DNA of 50,442 bases, from contig CAVVTZ010000001.1 in assembly GCA_963751275.1 (NCBI GenBank), positions 1 to 50,442 of the forward strand, read 5' to 3'. Below the pieces are notes generated by a model, which was not told the DNA's origin, did no database searches, and saw only the letters and a program-made list of their open reading frames with translations. This document shows, one piece after another, positions 1 through 8,930 of the stretch. Made by a program: the position numbers and the translations under genes. The stretch comes from an uncultured Gemmatimonadaceae bacterium. GTDB taxonomy: Bacteria; Gemmatimonadota; Gemmatimonadetes; Gemmatimonadales; Gemmatimonadaceae. Within the stretch, counting starts at the first letter, position 1. Each line of letters starts with the position of its first letter.

Positions 1-345
1 GTCGGCCACGCCGCGCAGTTCCAGCGGCACGCGCACGTTCTCGTGCGCCGTGAGGGTGGGGATCAGTTGAAAGCTCTGGAACACGAACCCAACTTTCTCC
101 CCGCGGAGCCGCGCGCGGTCATCTTCCGAGAGCGCGCCCAGGTCCGCGCCGTCGAGCGACACCGTGCCGTGCGACGGCACGTCGAGGCCCGCGAGCAGCG
201 CGAGGAGCGTCGTCTTGCCGCTGCCGGAGGGACCGAGCACCGCCACGAAAGCGCGCGCGGGGATGTCGAAGTTCACGTCGCGCAGTACCGTTAGGGACTG
301 ATCGCCGCTGGGGAAGGTCTTCGTCAACTCCCGGACTACGAGCAT
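1..345 (-). CDS. ABC transporter ATP-binding protein (YbbA/LolD-like), 3' end runs off the window
   Basis: Minus-strand translation from ATG at 345 gives MLVVRELTKTFPSGDQSLTVLRDVNFDIPARAFVAVLGPSGSGKTTLL (Walker A) and later VGFVFQSFQLIP. Divergent from tesA, as in the known ybbA-tesA arrangement. Confidence 0.9.
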   Translation of the reverse strand, partial: MLVVRELTKTFPSGDQSLTVLRDVNFDIPARAFVAVLGPSGSGKTTLLALLAGLDVPSHGTVSLDGADLGALSEDDRARLRGEKVGFVFQSFQLIPTLTAHENVRVPLELRGVAD

Positions 346-1036
346 GCGTGCACCGGTTGGACTGTGGATGATCACTGTGGCCGTCGCTCTCGCCGCGTGC
401 GAGCGCGCGCCGAAACCCGTTCCGCCCGCGGCGCCGGCCGCCGTGCCAGCGCCTGCCGGCGGCGCCGCCGCGAAGCCCGTGATCCTGTTCATCGGCACGA
501 GCCTCACGGCCGGCTACGGCCTCGAACCCGACCAGTCGTACCCGGCCGTGATCGCGCGCCGGCTCGACTCGCTGCACGAAAACTATGAGGTGGTGGACGC
601 GGGCGTCAGCGGGGAGACATCGGCCGACACGCGCGGCCGGATCGGCTGGCTGCTGAAGCGGCCGGCCGCGGTGATCCTGCTGGAGACGGGCGCGAACGAT
701 GGTCTGCGCGGATTGAGCGTGGACTCGATGCGCGTGAACATCCAGGCGATCATCGACACGATCCGCGCGGTGCAGCCGCGTGCGCGGATCATGCTCATGG
801 GAATGGAAGCGCTGCCCAACATGGGACCACGTTACGCGGCGGAATTCCATCGCGCGTTCCCGGAGCTCGCGAAGAAGAATGGGGTCACGTTCATCCCATT
901 CCTACTCACCGGAGTCGCGGGGATCGACACGCTGAATCAGGCGGATGGCATTCACCCCAACGTACGCGGCGCACAGATCGTGGCGACCAATGTGATGAGG
1001 GTGCTAGTCCCGGTCTTGGATTCCCTCAAGCGCTAA
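344..1036 (+). CDS. tesA: Arylesterase / acyl-CoA thioesterase I (SGNH/GDSL hydrolase), probable lipoprotein
   Basis: GTSLTAGYG (GDSL block I), DAGVSGETS, GANDGLRG, DGIHPN motifs; LAAC lipobox. Confidence 0.9.
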   Translation: MRAPVGLWMITVAVALAACERAPKPVPPAAPAAVPAPAGGAAAKPVILFIGTSLTAGYGLEPDQSYPAVIARRLDSLHENYEVVDAGVSGETSADTRGRIGWLLKRPAAVILLETGANDGLRGLSVDSMRVNIQAIIDTIRAVQPRARIMLMGMEALPNMGPRYAAEFHRAFPELAKKNGVTFIPFLLTGVAGIDTLNQADGIHPNVRGAQIVATNVMRVLVPVLDSLKR

Positions 1037-1050
1037 CGGCGAGAGTCGCA

Positions 1051-1293
1051 CCCCGAACTCCGTCATTGGTCACCCGAACGCCGTGAGGCGTGAGGCGTAC
1101 GTCGTACTGACGGTACGGCGTGAGACGAACCCCGAACTCCGTTAGTCGCGCCCCGAACTCCGTCATTGGTAACCCGAACGCCGTGAGTCGGGGGTGCACT
1201 CACGGCGTTCGGGTGACCAATGACGCCTCACAGTCAGTTCGACGTACGCCTCACGCCTCACGGCGTTCGGAGGACCAATGACGGAGTTTGGGG
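1051..1293. repeat. Family A palindromic element, copy A1 (CCCGAACTCCG 21-bp units plus GTGAGGC heptamers)
   Basis: ccccgaactccgtcattggtcacccgaacgccgtgaggcg at the left end is mirrored by cgcctcacggcgttcggaggaccaatgacggagtttgggg at the right end; lies between convergent genes. Confidence 0.9.
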
Positions 1294-1311
1294 CTCGCCG
1301 TCGGCGAGTAG

Positions 1312-3588
1312 TTAGCGTCTCCGCCCTCCTCCTCCGCCGCGCGCTCCTCCCGATCTCGCCCGCGCTCCGCCCGCATTGGTGAACCCGCCGGCCCGCGCCT
1401 CGCCCACGCCGCGCCCACCATCCCACCGGTTCAGCTCCGCTGCGCGTCCGGCATCCACTCCGCCCCAGCCGCGCACGCCATTGCCGCTCCAACTGCCGTA
1501 GCCGTCGCGCCGGTACACGTTCCCGTTCCGGTCGCCGTACACATTGTCCCGGAACGCATAGCGCGCCGCGTAGTCGCCGTATCGGCCGTAGTTGTAATAC
1601 GCGCCGCCGTACGCGGCATAGCCGCCGTAGATCGCGGCGCCGTAGTACCCATCCGCGTAGATGCCGGTGAACACATTCCCGACCGCGCCGTACTGGCCGC
1701 CCGCCGCCCAGCCCGTGCGTGAATTGAACGCCATGCTGAAGCGGTCGCCCCACGGGTTGCCGAACGCCGGATCGAATCCGCCGTACAGCCGCGGCCGCGC
1801 CACACCGTTCCACCGATCGTACACGCTGCCGGTCATCGCGCCCCAATCGCCCATCCCCCAGCGGCCCACGCCGCGGTAGGAGCCGAGTCCGTAACCGCCC
1901 CAGCCCCACGCGTAGCCGAAGCCCGCGCCGTAGCGCCAGCCGTACCACGGTGTCCAGCCGATGTTCGCGCCGTAGCCGTAGGTGAACGGCGGCGCGTACC
2001 AGTCGTTGCCGATCCACGCTGCGTAGCGGTAACCCGTGCCGTACACCGGCACGTTCTCATCATCCAGGATCACGCCGGTGTAGCCGGGCAGGTAGCCCAC
2101 CCACACGGAGTCCGCCGTCGATTCGTACACCTTCACGTACGTCACGTAGTGGAGCGGCGAACTCGGCGGGATCGTGTAGATCGCCGACGGCACTGCGGTC
2201 GCGACGCTCCATGGGCCGGTCATCGCCGCCGCCGTGAACCAGACGCCATTGTCCACGGCGTACCAGCTCGTGGGCGTCACCTCGATCAGAGGGCGCGAGG
2301 CGTTGGAGACGTACTGCAAGCCCGTGAGCTCGAGCGGCAGGATCTTCGCCGGTCCGTCGATCGTGATCGCGGCGAGCTTGGTGCTGTCGCGGCCCAGCGT
2401 CTTGGTTTGCGGGATGGAGTTCTCGATGCGCGCTTCCTCGGCCTGCGGCGTGCCGGGGATCGCGGCGCGCACGTTCTCCATCGCGCTGGAGTCGGGGATC
2501 TGCGCGAAGGCCTTGGGCAGGTCGGCTCCCTTCACGAACGTCCACGGTCCATCGAGCGACATCGAGGTGAACCAGCGGCCGGCGAGCAGGATGTAGATCT
2601 TGTGATCCGCGCTGTCCTGCAGGATGCGGCCGCTCGTGTTCTTCACATAGCTCAGCGGCACGCCGCCCACCGGCGCCCACTTCGGCGCGCCGTCGGTGAC
2701 GATGAGCTCCGTGGTCGTCGTGGCGACGATCACCTTGGGCACCGGCGGCGTGAGGAGCGACGGCAGCGGCGCCCGCGAATACGGGTCCGAGGGCGCGCCG
2801 GAGAGCGGGTCGGCGTCGCCGGAATCCACCAGCGCGCGCAGCACGTAGTTGAGATCGTTCACCGTTTCCTTCGGCGCCGACTTCGTGACCGTCCACGGGC
2901 CGGTCGAATCCGCCGCCTGCAGCCAGCCGTCGAACACGTGCAGGTAGAGGAGCTTCGTCTGTGCCGATTTGACCACCACCGGGCTCGTGTTGATCACGCG
3001 CATGAGGTCCGTGCCCTTCACCGGCTTCCACACCGGGGGGCCATCGATCGGAACGAGCACCGCGGGAACGGAGGAGAAGATGATCGTCGGCGGCTTGTTG
3101 GACACCGCGTACTCGGTCATCTGCCGCGTGTTGCCAAGCACTTGGAGCTCTGCCTCGAGGCGGTCGAGCATGATCGCGTGCGATTTCGCCGGCAGCTTCG
3201 ACGCCAGCTCGGCGCGGTAGGCCGTCTCCCGGTCGGGCGAGAAGGGGAATTTCACGGAGGTGAGCTTCATCGCCTCGAGGAACACCGTGCGGTTGGCCTT
3301 ATCCACCTCGGTGCGGGCGGAGAACTCGACGACGCCGAACACGGAATCGCGCGTGCCGCTCGGGAGCACCGAGACGGCCATGCGTGCCGCGAGCTGATTG
3401 CCCTCCCACGATTCCAGCTGCGGCTGGTACACCGTGAAGGTGTCGGCGCCGGTGGGGACGATGCGCGGCCAGCCGGAATCGGCGGGCGGCACGGGCGGCG
3501 GCGAGAACACCGTGCGTCCTTCGACCTGGGCCGTGATGGGCGACGCCGCGGCGAGCGCGGCCGCCAGAATGATCGCGAATCTCCTCAT
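1312..3588 (-). CDS. Large secreted hypothetical protein with Gly/Tyr/Trp-rich C-terminal tail
   Basis: Signal peptide MRRFAIILAAALAAASPITA, VYQPQLESW N-terminal motif, long GYGWG-type low-complexity tail; coding-like codon bias. Confidence 0.8.
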   Translation of the reverse strand: MRRFAIILAAALAAASPITAQVEGRTVFSPPPVPPADSGWPRIVPTGADTFTVYQPQLESWEGNQLAARMAVSVLPSGTRDSVFGVVEFSARTEVDKANRTVFLEAMKLTSVKFPFSPDRETAYRAELASKLPAKSHAIMLDRLEAELQVLGNTRQMTEYAVSNKPPTIIFSSVPAVLVPIDGPPVWKPVKGTDLMRVINTSPVVVKSAQTKLLYLHVFDGWLQAADSTGPWTVTKSAPKETVNDLNYVLRALVDSGDADPLSGAPSDPYSRAPLPSLLTPPVPKVIVATTTTELIVTDGAPKWAPVGGVPLSYVKNTSGRILQDSADHKIYILLAGRWFTSMSLDGPWTFVKGADLPKAFAQIPDSSAMENVRAAIPGTPQAEEARIENSIPQTKTLGRDSTKLAAITIDGPAKILPLELTGLQYVSNASRPLIEVTPTSWYAVDNGVWFTAAAMTGPWSVATAVPSAIYTIPPSSPLHYVTYVKVYESTADSVWVGYLPGYTGVILDDENVPVYGTGYRYAAWIGNDWYAPPFTYGYGANIGWTPWYGWRYGAGFGYAWGWGGYGLGSYRGVGRWGMGDWGAMTGSVYDRWNGVARPRLYGGFDPAFGNPWGDRFSMAFNSRTGWAAGGQYGAVGNVFTGIYADGYYGAAIYGGYAAYGGAYYNYGRYGDYAARYAFRDNVYGDRNGNVYRRDGYGSWSGNGVRGWGGVDAGRAAELNRWDGGRGVGEARAGGFTNAGGARARSGGARGGGGGRRR

Positions 3589-3657
3589 GACCTTCCCCCT
3601 GGGTCCCAATTGCGGTGGTACTACCTGTACGCCAGACGCGAGACGCGCACTGTTCTG

Positions 3658-3687
3658 TTGACCCGAACCCCTGCAATAGTGTAAACT
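3658..3687 (+). promoter_or_regulatory. Putative sigma70 promoter for efp
   Basis: TTGACC-N18-TAAACT in an AT-richer intergenic region. Confidence 0.35.
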
Positions 3688-3739
3688 TAAAGGCTAACTC
3701 AGTTTGCGGCGCACCCCCTCAATGCAAGTATAGAGTCAT

Positions 3740-4306
3740 ATGGCGATTCCCGCGACCCAGATCCGCCGCGGCATGGTCATCGTCTTCGAAGGCGATCCCT
3801 GCCGCATCACCGAGTTCCGCCACCACACGCCGGGCAACCTCCGGGCGATGGTGCAGGCGAAGCTCCGCAATCTCCGCACGGGCTCCAACTTCGAGCATCG
3901 CTTCCGGGCCGCGGACGCGATCACGAAGGCGTCCCTCGAGACGCACAATCTCGACTTCATGTACAAGGCGGGCGATACGTATCACTTCATGAACAGCGAG
4001 AATTACGACCAGCTCGAGATCGACGCGGAGACGCTCGGCGACGGGGCGCAGTGGATGCAGGAGGGGATGAAGATCATCGCCGAGTATTACAACGGGAAGC
4101 CGATCGGCATCGAGCTGCCGAACTCGATCGAGTTGACGATCGTGGAGACGAGCCCGGTGATGAAGAGTGCGACGAAGAACGCGTCGACGAAGCCGGCGAA
4201 GCTGGAGAATGGAGCGACGGTGAACGTGCCGGAGTTCATCTCGAGCGGCGAGCGGATCCGGGTGAATCCGAATACCGGAGAGTATCTCGATCGCGTGAAA
4301 GCGTAA
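3740..4306 (+). CDS. efp: Elongation factor P
   Basis: 188 aa; HHTPGNLRAMVQAKLRNL, YHFMNSENYDQ, KPAKLENGATVNVPEFI, GEYLDR. Confidence 0.97.
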   Translation: MAIPATQIRRGMVIVFEGDPCRITEFRHHTPGNLRAMVQAKLRNLRTGSNFEHRFRAADAITKASLETHNLDFMYKAGDTYHFMNSENYDQLEIDAETLGDGAQWMQEGMKIIAEYYNGKPIGIELPNSIELTIVETSPVMKSATKNASTKPAKLENGATVNVPEFISSGERIRVNPNTGEYLDRVKA

Positions 4307-4365
4307 CGGCGTGAGGCGCGAGGCGCGAGGCGTGCGCCGGACGACCGTGCGGCGAACAACGAAGA

Positions 4366-4394
4366 TTGATTCGGGTCGTCTTCACCGTTAGAAT
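4366..4394 (+). promoter_or_regulatory. Sigma70 promoter of the tRNA cluster
   Basis: TTGATT-N17-TAGAAT, 20 nt upstream of tRNA-His. Confidence 0.7.
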
Positions 4395-4413
4395 ATCATG
4401 TTCGCAGGAACAT

Positions 4414-4488
4414 GGTGACCGTAGCTCAATTGGTTAGAGCACCGGACTGTGGCTCCGGGGGTTGTGGGTTCAATTCCCATCGGTCACC
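4414..4488 (+). tRNA. tRNA-His(GTG)
   Basis: Cloverleaf; anticodon arm ccgga-ctGTGgc-tccgg; G-1:C73 pair; GGTTCAATTCC T arm. Confidence 0.97.
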
Positions 4489-4503
4489 CTGGGGCTATGA
4501 CTG

Positions 4504-4578
4504 CTCGGGAATCGGGAGTCGGGAATCGGGAACTGCGAGACTCGATGAACGGACGATTCCCGACTCCCGATTCCCGAG
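4504..4578. repeat. Heptamer (GGGA(A/G)TC)n inverted-repeat hairpin in tRNA spacer (family D-like)
   Basis: ctcgggaatcgggagtcgggaatcg ... cgattcccgactcccgattcccgag. Confidence 0.85.
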
Positions 4579-4583
4579 TCGTT

Positions 4584-4656
4584 AGGTCCGTAGCTCAACT
4601 GGTAGAGCACTGGTCTCCAAAACCAGCGGTTGGGGGTTCAAGTCCCTCCGGGCCTG
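4584..4656 (+). tRNA. tRNA-Trp(CCA)
   Basis: Anticodon arm ctggt-ctCCAaa-accag; acceptor aggtccg/cgggcct. Confidence 0.97.
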
Positions 4657-4701
4657 TTGGCGTGGCAGCTGATTGAAATGGATTCGGCGGTCGTCGTAAG
4701 C

Positions 4702-4740
4702 GATTCCCGACTCCCGATTCCCGACTCCCGATTCCCGAGT
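4702..4740. repeat. Heptamer tandem (GA(T/C)TCCC)x5 in tRNA spacer
   Basis: gattcccgactcccgattcccgactcccgattcccgagt. Confidence 0.85.
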
Positions 4741-4745
4741 AGTGC

Positions 4746-4818
4746 GGCGGTATCGTCTAGGGGACTAGGACGGAGCCCTCTCAAGGCTTAAACACGGGTT
4801 CGAATCCCGTTACCGCTA
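4746..4818 (+). tRNA. tRNA-Glu(CTC)
   Basis: Anticodon arm gagcc-ctCTCaa-ggctt; T arm GGTTCGAATCC. Confidence 0.95.
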
Positions 4819-4918
4819 TTTCGGAGTTGTACGCGCGCGATGAGGTCTAACGCCTAACGACGCTGTCGCCGTTAGCCGTACCACACGCGAGTCGCCATAC
4901 GCGCCCGTGCAGTTGTGA

Positions 4919-4990
4919 GGCCCCATCGTCTATCGGTTAGGACGGCACCCTTTCAAGGTGCAGAGAGGGGTTCGACTCCCCTTGGGGCTA
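4919..4990 (+). tRNA. tRNA-Glu(TTC)
   Basis: Anticodon arm gcacc-ctTTCaa-ggtgc; acceptor ggcccca/tggggct. Confidence 0.97.
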
Positions 4991-5014
4991 TGAGGGGACG
5001 ATAGAGGAGAAATT

Positions 5015-5088
5015 GGGGCTGTAGCTCAGCTGGTTAGAGTGCCGGTCTGTCACACCGGAGGTCGCGGGTTCGATCCCCGTCAGCCCCG
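5015..5088 (+). tRNA. tRNA-Asp(GTC)
   Basis: Anticodon arm ccggt-ctGTCac-accgg; acceptor ggggctg/cagcccc. Confidence 0.97.
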
Positions 5089-5140
5089 TAGGAAATAGTC
5101 GGTCGTTGGTCGTTAGCCGCTAGTCACGACGTTCAAGTTT

Positions 5141-5222
5141 GCCCTGGTGGTGAAATTGGTAGACACGCCATCTTGAGGGGGTGGTGCCGCAAGGCGTCGC
5201 GGTTCGAGTCCGCGCCAGGGCA
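5141..5222 (+). tRNA. tRNA-Leu(GAG)
   Basis: Anticodon arm ccatc-ttGAGgg-ggtgg; long variable arm gccgcaaggc. Confidence 0.97.
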
Positions 5223-5241
5223 TGAGCAACACCGTACGACC

Positions 5242-5313
5242 GCCAGCGTAGCTCAGTGGTAGAGCACTCGATTCGTAATCGAGCGGTCGTCGGTTCAATC
5301 CCGACCGCTGGCT
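5242..5313 (+). tRNA. tRNA-Thr(CGT)
   Basis: Anticodon arm ctcga-ttCGTaa-tcgag; acceptor gccagcg/cgctggc. Confidence 0.97.
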
Positions 5314-5322
5314 CTTACAACA

Positions 5323-5354
5323 GAGGCCCCGGGGAAATTCTCCGGGGCCTTCCT
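5323..5354 (+). terminator. Probable intrinsic terminator of the tRNA cluster
   Basis: aggccccgggga-aat-tctccggggcct hairpin followed by pyrimidines, just after tRNA-Thr. Confidence 0.7.
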
Positions 5355-5380
5355 CATTGGTGCCCCTCTCACGACAAGTA

Positions 5381-5547
5381 AGTAGCGACCCGAACTCCGT
5401 CATTGGTCCCCCGAACTCCGTCATTGACGAGTGGTTCGTGGTACCACGCACGACTCGTCATTCACGGCGTTCGGGGGACCAATGACGCTGTTCGAGGTTC
5501 GACAAACGGAGTTCGGGGTTCCACAACCGGAGTTCGGGTTGCTACTC
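5381..5547. repeat. Family A palindromic element, copy A2
   Basis: agtagcgacccgaactccg ... cggagttcgggttgctact; the right arm has four 21-bp-period units. Confidence 0.9.
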
Positions 5548-5594
5548 TCCCTTACCTGCCGTCAGTACTGGCAGCCCGCCAACCAGGAGCTCCC

Positions 5595-5852
5595 ATGACC
5601 GCCCCTCAGCCCCCCAAGCCGCCCGCCCAGCCCGCGCCCATCGCCAGCATCGACGATCTCCTCGAGCGCGCCGAGGACCGCCTCATCGCGAAGGGTTCCA
5701 CCGTTCGCGTCTCGCCCGACAACCCTGATCTCAAGGGCCCCGGCCAGCTGCAGGAAGCGCAGGACACCCTGCAAGCCTGCGGCGTGAAGCTGGTCCAGGA
5801 CGCGTCGCTCGGCGCGAAGGACATCAAGGTCGATCCACCGGCGAAGAAATAA
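5595..5852 (+). CDS. Small hypothetical protein (85 aa)
   Basis: AGGAG RBS before ATG 5595; MTAPQPPKPPAQPAPIASIDDLLERAEDRL...; strong GC3 bias. Confidence 0.75.
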   Translation: MTAPQPPKPPAQPAPIASIDDLLERAEDRLIAKGSTVRVSPDNPDLKGPGQLQEAQDTLQACGVKLVQDASLGAKDIKVDPPAKK

Positions 5853-5853
5853 C

Positions 5854-5947
5854 GACGCGGGACTCGGGACTCGCCGCGATGTGCGGGACGCGATGGTCCC
5901 CGGGATTTCCCGCGTCCCGCGGCGAGTCCCGAATCCCGAGTCCCGAG
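5854..5947. repeat. Family D heptamer palindrome, copy D1
   Basis: gggactcgggactcgccgcg ... cgcggcgagtcccgaatcccgagtcccgag. Confidence 0.85.
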
Positions 5948-6025
5948 CCTTCCATAGCACGGGAGTAGCCGCACTCACCGCCAGCTAGTACTTTCTAGGA
6001 GCAACGCGCACTCCGCCTTTATGCC

Positions 6026-6098
<73 letters not shown>

Positions 6099-6178
6099 CT
6101 CGAAGTAGACTCCCGCAGTCGATCATCCGGGTCACGGTCCTCATCGATCGCGGCCCGTTCTCACGCTCGGCAGGAGCA

Positions 6179-8124
6179 ATGGCCGCCCCCGCAGTATCCC
6201 GCGTCAAGCGGCTGCTCTTCGGTCGTCCGCTCGCCTCGGACCGCCTCGACCACGAGCGCCTCAACAAGAAAACGGCGCTCGCCGTCCTCTCCTCCGACGC
6301 CATCTCGTCGGTCGCCTACGCCACCGAGCAGACGCTGATCGTCCTCGCCGTCCTCGGCACGATCGCGTTCCACTACATCGTCCCGATCTCGGCCGTCATC
6401 GTCGCGCTGCTCATCGTCGTCGCGCTCTCGTATCGCCAGACGATCTTCGCCTATCCGGCCGGCGGCGGATCGTACACCGTCGCGAAGGACAACCTCGGCA
6501 CGATGCCCGGCCTCGTCGCCGCGGCCGCGCTCCTCACCGACTACATCCTCACCGTCGCCGTGTCGATCTCCGGCGGCATCGCCGCGATCACCTCGGCGTA
6601 CCCCGCGTTCCTGCCGCACACGGTGGCGCTCTGCGTCGGCGCCATCGTGCTGCTCATGCTCGTGAACCTCCGCGGCGTGCGCGAATCGGGCGCGGCCTTC
6701 AGCGTGCCGACGTACATCTTCATCGCGCTGATGCTCGCGCTCATCGGCACCGGCTTCTATCGCATCATGCTCGGCCACGATCTCGCGCCGGTGCTCGGCG
6801 CGCCGCGCATCGATCCCGTCTCGGCGGCGGCGCAGGGCTCGTCGGGCATCGCGGGCTTCGCGCTCGTCTTCCTCGTGCTGCGCGGCTTCGCCGAAGGCTG
6901 CGTCGCGATGACCGGCACCGAGGCGATCTCGAACGGCGTGAGCGCCTTCAAGTCGCCCAGCTCCCGGAACGCGGCGATCACGCTCGGGTGGATGGCGGCG
7001 ATCCTCGGCGTCTTCTTCCTGGGCGTCAGCTCGCTCGCGCAGCACTACCAGGTGATGCCCGCCGCCGGCGACACGGTGCTGTCGCAGCTGGGGCGCCACG
7101 TCTTCGGCGGCGGGCGTGCTCGTACTTCGCGCTCCAGTACGCGACCTTCGCGATCCTCGTGCTTGCCGCGAACACGTCGTTCGCCGACTTCCCGCGGCTC
7201 GCGAGCATCCTCGCGCGCGACGGCTACATGCCGCGCCAGTTCGCCGCGCGCGGCGACCGGCTCGCCTTCTCGAACGGGATCATCGCGCTCTCGCTCATGG
7301 CGATGCTGCTCGTGTGGGGATTCCACGGCGACACCAGCGCCCTGATCCCGCTCTACGCGATCGGCGTCTTCGTCTGCTTCACGCTCTCGCAGGCCGGCAT
7401 GGTGATGCACTGGCGGACGACCAGGGAGTCGGGGTGGAAATGGAAGAGCGCCCTCAATGGCTTGGGCGCGGTCGCCACGGCGATCGTCTCGGTGGTGCAG
7501 GTGGTCACGAAGTTCCTGCACGGGGCGTGGATCGTGGTGATCATCATCCCGGCGATCATCATCCTCCTGAAGAAGATCCATGCGCACTACGCGGCGTTCG
7601 CGGAGGAGATCCGCTTCACGGGGCACTCCCCGCTGATGTTCATGCACCACACCGTGATCGTGCCGGTGAACGGCATCACGCGCGCGACGGCCGGCGTCAT
7701 GGTATACGCGACGACGATCAGCGAGGACGTGCGCGCCGTGTACGTCGAGGCCGACCCCGAGTCCACCGCGCGCCTCAAGGCCGAGTGGGAGGCCTGGGAC
7801 ATCGGCGTCGAGCTGGTGGTGATCCCGTCGCCGTACCGGTCGATCCTGCGCCCGCTCGTGGATTACGTGAACCGGCTGATCCACCGCGGCGACGCCGATC
7901 TCGTGACGGTGGTGGTCGCCGAGATCGTGCCGCACAAGTGGTGGGAGCACCTGCTGCACAACAAGACGGCGCTGTTCATTCGCACCGCGTTCCTCTTCCG
8001 GCCCAACGTGGTGGTGACGTCGGTGCCGTATCTGGTGGGGCGCGCGCCGCGCCTGCGCGACATCATGATGCACGACGAGACGCTGGACGCCACCACCGCG
8101 GAGCGCCCGGCGCTGGGATCGTGA
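6179..8124 (+). CDS. APC-family permease, KimA/YdaO-like K+/H+ symporter (frameshift near 7115)
   Basis: SSDAISSVAYATE, YPAGGGSY, TGTEAISNG, ANTSFADFPRL, LYAIGVF, SPYRS, WWEHLLHN; ORFs 6041..7345 and 6988..8124 join. Confidence 0.9.
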
Positions 8125-8183
8125 GCCGGGGCGCTTGCGCGGAGACGGGCGCGCGCCGTAACCTCATTGCATCAGGAGGGACG

Positions 8184-8741
8184 ATGCGGAATCTCGTGAT
8201 CATCTGCGTGCTCGCGGGCGCGGCGGCGGGATCGGCGCAGGCGCCGCCGGGGAAACTCGAATTGCCGCGGTCGGTCGGGCCGATCCGGCTCGGCATGCCC
8301 ACGCAAGCGTTCACCCGTCTCACGCATGAGCTGCCCGACTGCACGCCCAAGCAGAACTGCGGCGCGCACGAGGCGCGCGCCACCGCCTTCATCGACACGC
8401 TGGAAGCGGGGAGCGGAGCGCTGCCCGCCATGCAGCAGTTCGAGTGCGCGTTCGTGCGCGACTCGCTGTTCGCGTTCACGACGCCGCCCCTCGACCGCCG
8501 CTACTCGGCGATGCGCTTCCGCTTCAACGCCCTGTACGGCGCGCCAACGGGCGAGGACACCACGGATGCCGGACTCGGCGAGGTGATCTGGGAATCCAAG
8601 GTCACGCGACTCACGCTGTTCTATGTGCGCGACGGGACGACGGGGAACGTACCGGCCGGAACGGCGACGGCGGTGGAGTACGCGGACGTTCGACTCAAGA
8701 AGCTGGCGGAGAAAGATCGGGGCGAGAGACCCTGGCCCTAA
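8184..8741 (+). CDS. Secreted hypothetical protein
   Basis: AGGAGG RBS; signal peptide MRNLVIICVLAGAAAGSAQA; GPIRLGM motif. Confidence 0.7.
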   Translation: MRNLVIICVLAGAAAGSAQAPPGKLELPRSVGPIRLGMPTQAFTRLTHELPDCTPKQNCGAHEARATAFIDTLEAGSGALPAMQQFECAFVRDSLFAFTTPPLDRRYSAMRFRFNALYGAPTGEDTTDAGLGEVIWESKVTRLTLFYVRDGTTGNVPAGTATAVEYADVRLKKLAEKDRGERPWP

Positions 8742-8763
8742 GGCGAACCTTGAACACGCGTAA

Positions 8764-8923
8764 TTGGTCCCCCGAACTCCGCCATTGGCTATTAGTGTGT
8801 AGTCGGGGCTCGGGCGTGCTTGGGATTGTCGTAATACAATACCAGCACCGTCGTCGCGGGTACCACGCGTCAATGGCCAATGGCGGAGTTCGGGGGACCA
8901 ACAACGGCGTTCGGGGTGCCAAT
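8764..8923. repeat. Family A palindromic element with conserved core, copy A3
   Basis: ttggtcccccgaactccgccattggc ... gccaatggcggagttcgggggaccaa; core shared with copies at 31.1, 32.5 and 33.1 kb. Confidence 0.92.
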
Positions 8924-8930
8924 CACGCCC

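Noticed and set aside
5403..5594. Short ORFs and N-terminal extensions with VRGTN/PRTP/PGNRFP peptides (also near 8700-8920, 12043-12531, 32416-33474, 42605, 46977)
   Set aside because: They are translations of family A/B repeat DNA, not independent genes.
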